NCBI RefSeq assembly: GCF_036321535.1
Contig: NC_087436.1
Span: 113,338,001 to 113,402,000 of the forward strand
Direction of reading: 5' to 3'
Source: Camelus dromedarius
Lineage: Eukaryota
DNA: 64,000 nucleotides
The translations under genes were made by a program, and so were the position numbers. Each line of letters starts with the position of its first letter. Position 1 is the first letter of the stretch. The notes under the pieces were generated by a model. The model saw only the letters and a list, made by a program, of their open reading frames with translations. It was not told the DNA's origin and searched no databases. Shown piece by piece: positions 1-12,678 of the stretch.

Positions 1-139
1 ACAGTTGGATTTGAATAGTTGGATTTATCAAATTATTTTTCTTTTTTTAAACTTTCTATATTTCTATAAGATGCTACTTTTATATGAGTCATTTAAAAAA
101 AAAATCAGAGTAATGGCCTTCAAAATTGTAAAAGGTCTT

Positions 140-517
140 GTGTTAGAGTTCTCCAGAAAAGCAGAATCAATAGGAGGTAAACATTCTGGGGAGAGAGGGA
201 GAGAGATTTAATGTGAAGGATGGCCTCCCGTATTACGGAGGACGAGAAGCCCCACAACCTGCCACGTGCAAACCAGTGGTCCAGGAGAGGCAGTGGTGTC
301 GCTCCAGGCTGTGTCCGAAGGCCTGAGAACCGGGAGAGCTGATGGTGTAAGTGCCAGTCTGAGTGCAGCAGAAGCTCAGCGTCCCAGCTTGAAGACAGGC
401 AGAGCGTGAATCCTCCCTTCCCCAGCCTTTATTCTATCCAGACCTTCGATGGGTTGCATGAGGCCCACCGTCGTCAGGGAGACCAACCTGCTTTACTCAG
501 TCTACTGATCCAAATGA
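140..517. mobile_element. MLT2-family (ERVL) solo LTR remnant
   Basis: Recalled MLT2 motifs: gttctccagaaaagcagaatcaatagga, gaaggcctgagaacc, ctgctttactcagtctactga. Family by eye, boundaries approximate. Confidence 0.7.
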
Positions 518-519
518 TG

Positions 520-690
520 AAGCATGAGTTGGAACCTCAAATCTGGCACTTGCCAGCTTTGTTACCTTAGGAATGTTGCTTCACCTCTCTGTGCCTCAGT
601 TTACGCATATGTGGCCTGGGCATCATGCTAGCATCTATCTCGTGGAGTTGCTCTGAGGATTAAGAGACATTGTGAGCAGAGCAATGTTAT
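520..690 (+). mobile_element. MIR SINE fragment
   Basis: MIR core-like ttaccttaggaatgttgcttcacctctctgtgcctcagttt ... gttgctctgaggattaa. Confidence 0.7.
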
Positions 691-1794
691 TATTGTTAGA
701 GCTAAGGTTCAATCCCAGGTCTTCTGGCTCTAAGTAAATGTGCTGTTCTTGGTACTTACCTGACTTTATATAAAATGATGCCAGCACACAAAATCAAGTC
801 AACGTATTCATCTGACATTTCACAGGAGCCAATTTCTCACAACTACCTTGCACATAAAAGAATCTGCTCATACCACGGCCAGCCAGGAAAGCTGCTCTTT
901 CTCCAAAGAACCTTTGTTTGGTAGAAGCATCTGATGTACTTGGGAGCAGCCTCGCCCGCTGAAAGAACACAGCATCATTCTGCTTCTCCTGCATGGGCTG
1001 GTCCTTTTGCTTCTTCCAAGTCCAGTTTCCCTGAGGGTGTCATATGTCTCCCCAAAACGGACCATTGCTGCCTTGGGAACAATGTGCCAAATATTAAACA
1101 AAGGCTTCGTTTAGGTCCTGCCACTGGAGAGCTGAACCAAGGGTCAAATTCCATTTTGGGTTTCTCCAAGTCGCATCTCTCTCTGTTCACTTTAGCACAT
1201 ATTTTTGGAGAATGCAGACTAGAAACCTCTTCCCGCACCACCCCTTGGCGCACACACCACAGCTCTGTTCTGAAACTTCTCCCGTGACATGGTGGACCTC
1301 CCTCTTGGTTGAAGGAAACTCTTTGTTGGTGGTGCCTATTTGGAAACACATTTCTTCCAAAAAACTTGAGTGTATCTCAGTAAGCACTGTTCACATCACC
1401 CCAGGGCGGGAGGGTGTTTTCATTTTACTGGTAGAAACTTATGACTTGACTTACAATTGGAAGGATCATTGAGGACCATCTTGTGGCTCTCCTTTCTGAT
1501 GCTTTAGTGTGCTCAGCAGTATTACTGCCAAGTGGCGACCCTGCTCTGCCCTAATTCTACTCCAGAAGCTATCTGTTACGATTTCAAACAGCCTCATTTT
1601 GATTGAAAGATCTTTGTACGTGAACTAGGTGGACATATCATTTCTTAGAGTGGTCTTCATATGTCACGAAATTGGAGTATTTGAGAAAAGCATTTTGACA
1701 TGCTGACAAAAATTTATTTATTTGGCCCTGAGATAGGAGGCAATAAACTTTTGGGGAGTATTACTTTTATTTTCCATTTGTTCCACCAGATCTA

Positions 1795-2289
1795 CTTTAA
1801 ATAAATTGTAGTATAGTTGACTTACAATGTTGTGTTAGTTTCTGGTGTACAGCATAGTGATTCAGTTGTATGTGTGTGTGTGTGTGTGTGTGTGTATACA
1901 TATACATATATATATGTACATATATATACTTTTCATATTCTTTGTTGTTGCAGGTTATTACAAACTATGGATCTAGTTCCCTGTACTATGCAATATAAAC
2001 TTGTTGTTTATCTGTTTTATATATAGCAGTTAGTATCTGCTAATCTCAAACTCCTAATTTATCCCTCCCCACTTCCTTTCCCCTTTGGTAACCATAAATT
2101 TGTTTTCTATGTCTGTAAGTCTGTTTCTGTTTTGTAAATAAAGTTCATTTGTGCCATTTTTTTTTGATTCCACATATAAGTTATATCATATGATATTTGT
2201 CTTTGTCTGACTTAGTGTGATAAGCTCTAGGTCCATCCATGTTGCAGCAAATGGCATTATTTTGTTCTTTTTTATGGCTGAGTAGTATC

Positions 2290-2292
<3 letters not shown>
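1795..2292 (-). mobile_element. 5'-truncated L1 3' end (cetartiodactyl/camelid type) with an internal (TG)n/(TA)n microsatellite
   Basis: gtatagttgacttacaatgttgtgttagtttctggtgtacagcatagtgattcagtt and gtccatccatgttgcagcaaatggc are the reverse complement of a typical L1 3' UTR. Confidence 0.85.

Positions 2293-2336
<44 letters not shown>
2292..2336. repeat. (TG)n microsatellite, about 22 units
   Basis: Directly visible uninterrupted tgtg run. Confidence 0.95.
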
Positions 2337-2338
<2 letters not shown>

Positions 2339-3176
2339 ACACGTATAATAAGCACTCAATAACCCCCTTTTTCTTCCTCCTTCTTATGTATAGAATGTCT
2401 AGTACAGTGGCTGGCCCTCAGCTAAGGGCAGCTGTTATCATTATATTTCTTGTTCCTAGGAGCAATACACTTATAAGTAATACATGAATACAAAAAAATT
2501 GCAAATGATTACAGAGGAGAATTCACTTCTGCTGCATTCCCAGGTTACATGAAGTCTGCCTTCCCCCATTAACTCTGAGAGCTTGGAGGAAAACGTCAAC
2601 TATTTGGTATTTATTTCAGTGTTCCCAGAGTGTTTACCATGGTGTCCAGGAAAGCATGAAACAAGATCTATTAGGAAAAGTAGGGAGGGAGGAATTCAAA
2701 AACACAGGGGATAACTCTAATGCTTTGAATCACTCCAGGTGTGCCCCATTCCCCGCCCACTTACACATGCCTAAGCAAATTAGAAAAAGGATCAGTCTTG
2801 TCCATAGCAGTTCCCTGTAGGGTACATTTAGCTTGAGAGTTAGATGATTTGAGTTGGAAAAACTTTCACAACAGTTACCCTGCAAAGTGATATTTGCAGA
2901 ATTATGGTGAGATGATCCCCTAGCTAGCCATTGATGCCCCAAACTCACGAAATGAGATCTTCTTAAGGTCAATTTGAAATAAGAGGCACATCTCCTTGAA
3001 CACCCTGACCCCTGTTTTCAGAGGACAACTCAAATCTAGAGAATTTTCTGATTTGTTGTAGAAGAGGGGAGTGTCTTGAAGGGACTTCATGTGAATTGTA
3101 TTCTGTTCTGCAATAATGTGGCCTTCTTAATGAACCTTATGTCATCAAAAAGTGCATTACAGAAATAATCACTTCT

Positions 3177-3928
3177 TTTTAAAATTAATTAATTAATTCT
3201 TGTTTGAAGTACAGTTGGTTTAGAATGTGTCAATATCTGGTGCACAGCATCATGTCTCAGTCATACATATACATGCATATATTTGTTTTCATATTTTTTT
3301 CATTGTAGGTTACTATAAAATATTGAATATAGTTTCCTGTGCTATATAGAAGAAAGTTGTTTATCTATTTCATAATTTTTTATACTTTATTTTTTTAATT
3401 GAAGTACAGTCAGTTACAATGTGTCAATCTCTGGTGTACAGCACAGTGTCCCAGTCATGCATATACATGCATATACTCATTTACATATTTTTTCCATTAG
3501 AAGTTATTACAAGATATTGAACATAGTTCTCTGTGCTATACAGAAGAAACTTTTTCAAAATCTATTTTTATATATAGTGGCTAACATTTGTAAATCTCAA
3601 ACTGCCAAATTTATCCCTTCCGACTCCTTTTTTCCCCAATAACCGTAAGTTTCTTTTTTATATCTGTGAGTCTGTTTCTGTTTCGTAAATAAGTTCATTT
3701 GCGTCTTCTTTTTTCTTTTTAGATTCCACATATCAGTGATATCATATGGTATTTTTCTTTTTCTTTTTGGCTTACTTCACTTAGAATGATGATCTCCAGG
3801 TCCATCCATGTTGCTGCAAATGACATTATTTTATTCTTTTTTATGGCTGAGTAGTATTCCATTGTGTAAATATATCACAGCTTCTCTATCTAGTCATCTG
3901 TCAATGGACATTTAGGTTGTTTCCATGT
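3177..3928 (-). mobile_element. 5'-truncated L1 with a duplicated 3' tail, bounded by a 16-bp target-site duplication
   Basis: L1 3' UTR sequence. TSD agaaataatcacttct (3161-3176) and agaaataattacttct (3929-3944). Confidence 0.85.
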
Positions 3929-4109
3929 AGAAATAATTACTTCTAAATGGAGGGGAAATAATATACTAAAGTTTTTCGGACGTTCAGTAATAGTTCTTTT
4001 CCCCTTAATTTTAATAATTTAATTTTAATAATAAAATTATTTTTCTAGCTAAGATATATATAGCTATAAAACTTAAACATGACTGAACAAATCTGACATT
4101 TGATTCCAT

Positions 4110-4480
4110 GCAGTTTTAATTCACTTAGCAATTGTCTATCAAAATTTCTACTATGTGTGCCAGGCACTGTTCTAAATGTTCAGGCTGTGACTGACTCAGG
4201 TAGACAAGAGTCCTGACCTCAGATGCATGGAAGAAATCAGATCGATGCAACAGTGATGGTTGGTGGTGTGTGATGAAGGAAACAGATAAGACACTGAGAC
4301 GGAGGCGAAAAAGAGGGACCCACTTCAGAATGTGTGGCTGCAGGAGGCCTTCTGGAAGCTGAGTTCTGAAGACTGAGAGGAGACTTGTGGGAAGCGCCTT
4401 GCAGGCGGAGGAAAAAACTGATGTGAAGGGCCTGAGGAGGACAGGGCTTGACATGGTCTTGGGAAGCTAAGGGGCATCTG
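4110..4480. mobile_element. L2 fragment
   Basis: ctactatgtgtgccaggcactgttctaaatg and agctgagttctgaagactgag resemble the L2 3' region. Confidence 0.55.
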
Positions 4481-4624
4481 AACAAGACAACTGGGCTGCA
4501 TGGGAACAAGCTGTGCTTTAACCATGAGGTAAAGCTGATCCTCCCGTTAATAGAGCATATTGTATCTAATTCGGATCATGAAAAGTCACACTGGAGGAGA
4601 TATGCCTGCCCCATGTGCAGATGT

Positions 4625-4830
4625 CTGTCTTCTGCTACCTTCTGCCATTGGAGCTCCTGGTTCCCAGGTCTTCAGTCCCAGAATGAATTGTAACACCAGC
4701 TTCCTAGCTTTTCCAGCTGGCAGACAGTGGACTGTGGCATATTTCAGGCCCCATAATCACATGACCCAATTCCCATAATAAATCTCCTCTTACATAGCTC
4801 TATATATCCTATTGGTCTGCCTCTGGAAAA
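4625..4830. mobile_element. MLT2-family LTR fragment, opposite orientation to the copy at 140-517
   Basis: ccataatcacatgacccaattcccataataaatctc ... tatcctattggtctgcctctgga is a typical MLT2 end. Confidence 0.65.
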
Positions 4831-6075
4831 TTTATTATTACAGTTGTATTGCTAACAGTATCTGACTCAGCTGATGGCACTCCTTACTTGATAAGTACTC
4901 TGGATAAGCAGGTAGATGCAAGATTCAACTTCACTGTTCAGTAGAAAGTACTTTTCAAACGTACCTTAAAACATGATAAGATGTTCAAAGGCACAGCTTC
5001 TAAAATCTCAGGTGCTTGATTATTTTTGATTAAAATTTACCTCAAGTTTCAAATCAGACAAACTTATGTTGTTTTATATAGCAATAGAAGCCTAGCTTTT
5101 AAGTTTCCATTATCGTTGAAGCAATCTCCATAGTTGTAAAGAATTATAATCTTTTGAATTGTAATCAAGCTTATTCATAGACACAGCCTCCATAACTTAG
5201 CACATCTTGATATTCTTACCATAGTCCTGCCATTTGGTGTATGATGCCCAAGTGTTAACATAATGCAGTTTCTTCTTCAGTCTTATGTGAACAGATGGAA
5301 GGAGGCCTGGAGTAACCAAAAAAGAGGGTAGGGCTGGAATTCACAACTCTTTAGCTTCTCCTCCTAATACCTGCCTAACTCCTTCCTCAAACCTGTTGTG
5401 AAAATTTTCTGGAACACAGCAACGGCTATATATTTATTTAATGGTTGCTTTTCCAACAAACTCTAATGAACATTTCTTGATTCTGCTGGATCTGGGCACT
5501 GTCCTGGGTGCTGGGGAACAGCCATCATGGCTTCCCACGACTGTAAGTCTCACAGTAGTAATGCCAACAGGGTCACCATGTGGGCACTGAGAGAATGTGA
5601 AGTAATGAGAACACGAAGAGGAGAAAGGGTACATCCCAGCTTGAGTGGGTGTGGGGTGAAGAAGCAAATTGGAAGGAGGCTTCCTGGAGTTGGCAGTGAC
5701 TCTGTGTCTTGAAGACCTCCATCATCTGGCACAGTGAGATTTCCAACTGTATCTTCTGTCCTGCCCAGCTTAGCAGTTCGCACCCTAGACATGCATACAG
5801 TAGGCTGTTTTAAGTTTTTCACTCAGACTCTTCCCTTTCCTTGAACTCCATCACACCTCTTTTCTCATGGTTAAGTCATACATATCTTTCAAGCCAAATC
5901 TCAGTTTTCATTTCCTTTGGAAGACATTCTTTGAATCATTAAATTGGGGTATTTACCTTGCTTTGTGCTCTTGTGGACGGTTGTATATATCTCGCCCTTG
6001 CTTTAATATGTTGTTGAAATTGTCAGTCTATTCCTAGAATTGATCATTGTCTTATATATCTTCATATTGCTTGCT

Positions 6076-6088
6076 CTGTCTGTCTGTA

Positions 6089-6145
<57 letters not shown>
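6076..6145. repeat. (TCTG)n-(TATC)n tetranucleotide microsatellite
   Basis: Directly visible, about 14 TATC units. Confidence 0.95.
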
Positions 6146-6146
<1 letters not shown>

Positions 6147-7260
6147 ACCTTTATATTCACTATTACATGCTTGATAAACATTTTCAAGGTGGACTGCAAT
6201 ATAACTTCATGCTAAAACTCTCCTAAAAGTGCTCTAGGCTTGTTTAATGTTGCCTGGAGCGGACCTCGGCTCTAACCCAGAAGCGGTTGGAAAGCCTTGC
6301 TTTATTACCCCTGGAAACCGTGTTTTGCACAGCCATTGCTTACTGAGAACTGACAGCAGTATGTAGGCATAACAGCTTTTGCTGACATGGCTATTGCTTC
6401 CAAGTGCTGGAAGCTTTTTAGAACGAGGGAGCTGTTCTCTGTCTTGGTTGTAATGGTGGTTACGATTGTGCACGATTACCAAAATTCATCAAGCTGTATA
6501 TTTAAAACTTGTGAATTGTATAAATACCTTTGTGAAAAAGAGAAAAAAGAAAACAATAGGAACTAATGCTTGCTGGGAAAATGAATGCACGTGTGGGAGA
6601 AGAGATGAAATATTAAGATGCAAAACAGCACGTGAAAAGGAGGAAATCTAGGCAATGACGTAACAGAATCTAGCAGGATGATCCAGGTTGTTCTGCTTTC
6701 CTGGGCTGCTTGCCAACCGAAGCTGCCAGCAGCATGGCTGTTGCATGGTCCTGTGTCTGGTGGGCATGTTTCTGGAGACCGGGATGTAGCACATGGTTTG
6801 TCATCTGGTAGAGAGGGTTCAAAGGATTGACGTGGTCAAGACGAATACCTATCAATTATTTACTCGCTTGGTGCGTCTGCTTCACAGTGATTCTTTAACA
6901 GAAGACGGCATTTAGCTGAATTACCTAGTACATAAATACATGTTCCTTTAAAGGAGGTCGAAAAATGGCATGCACGAGACCAATAGGATTTGGCCTTCCG
7001 AGATGTGTTGTGCATGAAACTTCTCCAATTTCCTAATGCTAAATGGGTTTCTCAATACATGTACTGAATGGCTCATACCACTGGTTCTGTCAAGGATTTC
7101 ACATGATTGACAATCATACTAAAAGGCCTAAAGGAGATGTTTTAATTCTTGAAATTCATGACTGTGGATAATTCTCTGTGGCAGGTACCTTTGAATGGGC
7201 CAGGCATGGTACCGGATGCTGGTTATAAAATGATGAACAGACATGTTTCCATAGCTAGGA

Positions 7261-7449
7261 CAGGAGTCGGCACACTGTTTTTACAAAGGGCTATGTATGT
7301 GGGCCATACGGTCTCTGCTGCAAGCACTCAGCTCTGCTGTTGTTGCAAGAAAGCAGCCATAGGCAACACATGGCTGTGTTCCAGCAAAACTTTACAAAAA
7401 AGGGCAGTGGGCTAGATATGGACCACAGGCTACAGTTTGCTGAACCCTG
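7261..7449. mobile_element. MER58A-like hAT-Charlie non-autonomous DNA transposon
   Basis: Terminal inverted ends caggagtcggcacact and agtttgctgaaccctg. Internal ggccatacggtctctg and ggctgtgttccagcaaaacttt. Confidence 0.8.
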
Positions 7450-8099
7450 GTCTTGAGGGGTGATAAGGTTAAATATATACATGCAAAATTGGTGATATTG
7501 TTATACAATGTAGTGAGAGAAAAGAGGAAGTTTCCATGCTAGAAAACAGATGAAGTTCAAGGAAATTAGCTCCTGATTTCAGGTAGACGGAGGGAAAGTG
7601 AGGAAGTAGGGCAACGAGGCTGCTTACAGCACAACACACCGTCCTGATCCCTACACGAATCAGGAAATGCTTGTGCTAAGTGGATTTCCTGTGGGAACCA
7701 GTGGCTGAGTTCAGTGGTGCCCCAGGGCTGACACGGGGTTGATGCTGAAACAGCACAAGTGGAGAAGATGGGATGGCAAGGCGACCCCCGGCTGACATGG
7801 GGTTACACATGTTTACCTGTGCTTAGGAAAACGGTCCAGAGCCTTACATGCCAAATGTTAGCGGTAATTACTGCTGGGGAATGACTTGGGGGTGGGGGAG
7901 CAGGTAGTAAAAGAGGGCTACTTTGTTCTGGAAGCTTCTTCTGTTATAGTTTACAGTAAATATGTATTAGTTCTGTAAACCATAAATGCTAAAGCGACAA
8001 AGAATGTCCTTTCAAGGCATTTACAAGTGGACTTCTCATCCCTGAAGACAGTCCAATCTCTCTGATAAGGACTTTGAAGACATTTCGAGGGAGATTCCA

Positions 8100-9130
8100 A
8101 ATTCTTTGTCAGCTCACAATTAGACCTCACTGTACCTGGTGCACAAAAATCAAAACCAAAACCCAAAGCAACCCCAGATGAGTAAGTTCCAAATATAAGA
8201 GGTAATAGTACAAGGCTTAAGGCTTCTAGAAGACATTGTGGAAGACTTGCAACTTGACCTTAGGGTAAAGACAAGGTAGAAAACATTCACCACATTTGAC
8301 TCTATTGAAATTAAGAACCCCTCCATTGATTAGAGAGAGTGAAAGTGCACAAAGCAGAAATGAGAAGATACATTCAGCACACACAGGAACAGACAAAGGG
8401 CTCACATCCAGAATCATACTCTGACTAATCAGTAAGGAAACGACTCCAAAAAAATAGGTGAGAAACTTAACAGGCACTCCACAAAAGAGGAACGCCAAAT
8501 GGCCAGTAAACATATAAATACTGTAAGTGCTCAACCTTCTTAGTAATCTGGGGAATGAAAACTACCACAAGACTGGCGATGAAAACAGACCAAATCTGGT
8601 ACAGACTAGGATGCAGACTATCAGAGCTTATGCAGATGGCTAGTGAGAGTATCAACTGGTACAGCCACTTTAGAAAACAGATTGCATTACTTAACGCGTG
8701 GAAGTTCCTGCATCCCACGAGCCAAGCAGTTCACTCCTGGGTAATATTCCCTAGAAACTGCGGCCTGTGTACACTAGGAAAAACAGTAATGTTTACAGCA
8801 GCACTGCAAACACTGAAAATAATCTAAATGCCCACCAGTAATAGTTATATCTTTATACAATAAAATGCTGTCCAACAATGAAAATGAACTGTAGTTACAG
8901 ACAACACAGGTGTATCTTATACAAAAGGAGTGTAGAGCTAAAGCAGACACATGTACAATTTTGATTCCACTTATTAAAAGTTTAAAAACTGTAATCTTTT
9001 TGGAATCCACACTTGGATGGTAAAACTAGACAGTAATGTAAAAGCCTGGAGAGGTGGTTGCTTCAGAGAGGATGGGAGGGATGGCTATGACTGAGGGGAC
9101 ACAGAAAGTTTTTTGGATACTGTCAGTTTT
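8100..9130 (+). mobile_element. Old, decayed L1 (ORF2 end and 3' UTR)
   Basis: Degenerate L1 motifs: caaatggccagtaaacatataaa, aactggtacagccactttagaaaacag, aatgtttacagcagcact. Confidence 0.65.
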
Positions 9131-9144
9131 CTTCCTTTTTCCTT

Positions 9145-9660
9145 TTTTTGTTGCAGTAAAATACACATAACACAAAATGTGCCACCTGAACCATTTTAAA
9201 GAGTGCAGTTCAGTGGTATTAAGTACATTCACGCTGCAGTGCAACCATCACCGCTGTTCATCTCTAGAGCTTTTTCCATTTTGACAAACTGAAACTCTGT
9301 ACCCCTTAGACACTAACTCCCCAATACCCCGTCCCTCAGCCCTGGCAACCACCATCCTCCTTTCTGTCTTTATGAATGTGACTGCTCCCCGTGTCTCAAA
9401 TGATGGAGTCGTGCAGTATTTCTTCTCTTGCGGCTGCCATATTCCACTTAACATACAGACTTCAAAGTTCATGCATGTTGTAGCACGTGTCAGAGTTTCT
9501 TTCAAGACTGAATAGTATTTCACTGTGTGTACATATCACAATTTATTTATCCATTCACCTGCTTCTGTTGGACACTTAGGCTGCTTACACATTTTGACTA
9601 TTGGGAATAATGCTGCTATGAACATTGAGGTACAAATGTCTGAATCCCTGCTTTCAATAA
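9145..9660 (-). mobile_element. L1MB-like 3' end
   Basis: aaccattttaaagagtgcagttcagtggtattaagtacattcac ... gaataatgctgctatgaacattg. Confidence 0.8.
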
Positions 9661-10539
9661 TTTTCTATTTCTTTACAAGAGTTTTAAAATTACTCACAGT
9701 GCAAACTAATGCGTAATTCATTTTCTATATGTATTTTACAGATTACAAAGAAGGCTTTTAAAAAAATCCTTGATCCAGTTACCATGGAAACTCACTTTCT
9801 GATTTTGTTTTTGCATTTCTTCCTATGGTCCTCTCTCTCTCGTCCTATTGAAGCAAGCAATGTTTTCTTGTATGTTTTAAAATAAACTTTTTAGTGAGGT
9901 ATAAAACATACAGAAAATTGAAAAAGTGATAATCATCAGCCTGATGAATTATTCAGAAAACAAACACCCTGATTTGAGTGTGTGTGTTAGGTACCTGTAT
10001 GGTGTGCCTGGAAACAAACCACACACAGTCATTTTAGGAGGTCAACGAGGTCTTAAGCTGAAAAAGGAAGCACAATGTAAGTGTGCTAGCTACTTAGATG
10101 GAAGGAAGTCAGAAACATGATACTGCGAGAGTGTTAACACCAGAGTCTAAAGGTGGTTGCCTCTCAGGAGTGAAAACTGAGGATGAAAAAGGTGGTATGG
10201 CAATATTTTCACAATTTATATGTTTAACTTTCAAAATATATGTGCTCCATATTAAAATTTGAAGAATCATTTATTTACAATGAATTAATCCTCATCTGAG
10301 GCCTGTCCTCCTCCACTCCAAACAAGGCTTTTCTTATCATTTCAAATGTTTATCTAGGTTTTTCTTTGTTTCGTTTACATTATCTTATCTTAATGATGTT
10401 GGTTTAAATTATGTCTCTGCTACTTAGGACTTATTTGTAAATTGTGTTAGCCACACTTTATTTTTTTAACTCTACATTAGACTGGTGTCTTTACCCATAA
10501 CAGTCTGTAGTATCCATGTTTCGAATCTGATCAGCCCCA

Positions 10540-11275
10540 ATGATGATGTGTGTTTTTCTCAACACACCACCAAGCAGTTCTCTGACACCAGATGGACGAC
10601 CTATAATAGAACTCAATTCAGACACTGTCTACCTGGACATAGTGTCATATCACACGGGTTAAGTAAGGTCCTTAAGATTGTTCTACAAGATTGTTCCCCT
10701 CCTTCCACTTCAGTCAAAAGTCAAGGTTGTCACCTATGCTTCTTACCGAACGGCTATAGACTGAAGGTTCCAACAACCTCCTCCTTGGGTTTGACTAATT
10801 ACCAGTTTACTATAAAAGAATATAACTTGGGAACAGCCAGATGGAAGAGATGCATGGGGCAAGGTATGTGGGAAGAGCACTAAGATTCCATGCTCTCTCT
10901 CTGGACCCAGCTACTCTCCCTGAAGCCAAAAACCAACCTGGAAGCTCTCCTAAGCCTGTCCTTTTGGGTTTTTACAGCAACTTCCCTGCTTTTGCATGAT
11001 TGATCAAATCATTGGCCATCGGCAATCGATTCATCCTCCACCCTCTCCCCTTCCTGGAGGTGGGCCAAGTTGGAGGTTGGGGTGGGGAGGGGGGGACGGA
11101 AAGCTCCAACCTTCTAATCACGTTTGTTTCCCCATCCTTAGGCACTTTCCAAAAGTCACCTCATTAACAAACTCAGGTGTGGCTGAAAACTGTTTGTTAC
11201 GAGTTTTAATAGTTCTGGGCCAGAAACCAGATAAAGACCACATATGTATCTCTTACTATAAATCATGGTATCACA
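10540..11275. mobile_element. MER21-like LTR
   Basis: ccaagcagttctctgacaccag, caattcagacactgtctacctgga, gaacagccagatggaagagatgcatggggcaagg and catgattgatcaaatcattggcca resemble MER21B/C. Confidence 0.65.
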
Positions 11276-12618
11276 CATCTTCCTGTTTCCTGGGTATTTT
11301 ATTGTTATTCCTTCTTTTTTGTGGAATAGATCTTCAGGTAATTCTCTTAGAAACAGGTTTTGAGTGCTAAATTTTGAGTTCTTTAAGTTCTTTGTTCATG
11401 CAAAAATTTAAGTCAAAGGCTAATTCTTATGTGAAACCCTTAACCAAGTGAAATCATTTCAAAGAAATGAAGTCATTTCAGCAAAAAGTCTTTTCCCTTG
11501 CACTTGCTACACATTTACTATAGTATATTTTATATTTTATATGCTATGACATTGCACATGAGTTAACCTGAGTTTTCACCTGTAAGGCAATGAAATGGCC
11601 TGGCAACCAGGGATCCTACATGGTTAGTGTCCAAAACCTAGTGTTCAAAGTTTCTTCTTTTCTTAAATAACAAAAGGATGGGGGACGGTGGTGGACAAGA
11701 AGATAAATCATCCTAATGTCAGCAGCAAGGGAAAGAGTCAAGAAAATGTGGAATTCCTGCAAAGTCTTAAAGGTAGGCCAGAATGTGTGTAGGTAGGGGG
11801 TGGCTCTTTGTTTTTTTGTTATGAAAGGGGACTCACTGGGCAAAGAGGAAATAAGATTTCAAGTAGAAAAAGTGACAGCAGGTGCCAAGATACAGACGTG
11901 TGGAGATGCATGATTTGCTTGGAGAGCATGGGTGATGGTGGCAGGATATGAGGGGCTGACGATGCCAAGATTAGCTCATTTAAGGAGTTTCTGCGATGTC
12001 TTGTAGCAAATTGAGGAAACAGTTCACCCTCTCAGGGACACCTATGTCCTCATAGGTAAAGCAGAAAAATTGGTTATCATCAGTGATTTTTAAAGCTTTC
12101 TCTAAAAAAAAATGGAACCTTTCCTTCCCTGGCCCTGTGCCTGAACACCATTTTTAAGTAGAACTCCAACTTTGTTCAAGTTAAAGTAGAGCTGTTCTAG
12201 CCATAAGGAGGACGAGGCACCCAGCTCCTAGGCTGCTCATTCTCTGCCATTCCTTTTCCGTTATCCCTCTGCGGTGTGGCCGCTGAAGAACTCGGGCTGT
12301 GCAGAAAACAAGTAGAACAATTATAAGACAAGTGGTTCCCAACTAGAGGGTATCTGAGGAAGCATCATGGACATTGTGCACTGAGCAAAATGGCCAATAG
12401 TTTTTCATTTTTAAAATGCAGCATCAATTTAGACATGGTAACTAGTTAACCGTGATGACTGCAGCTTACTTACCCAGCCTTTCCCCGGTGTGAACGTGGG
12501 GGTGAAGGGTGAGGGTGGGAAGGAGAACTGATGCAAAGGTTCTCCTAATCCCTGCACTAAAATGTAGAGTGGTCTGGGCTTCATAATATGGCCATGTTAC
12601 TCAGCTCTCTAAAAAGGT

Positions 12619-12624
12619 TTTATT
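12619..12624 (-). promoter_or_regulatory. CPEB2: Second, most distal AATAAA poly(A) signal of CPEB2
   Basis: tttatt on the plus strand, 77 nt beyond the main candidate signal. Confidence 0.45.
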
Positions 12625-12678
12625 GGTGTCAATGCATATTTTGATAGATTTAAACTAAAGAATAAGATTCCACAACTA

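Noticed and set aside
794..1472. Cluster of overlapping 66-124 aa ORFs on both strands, a possible pseudogene or exon
   Set aside because: No recognisable protein family, poly(A) tail or TSD. The ORF density fits a locally balanced GC content.
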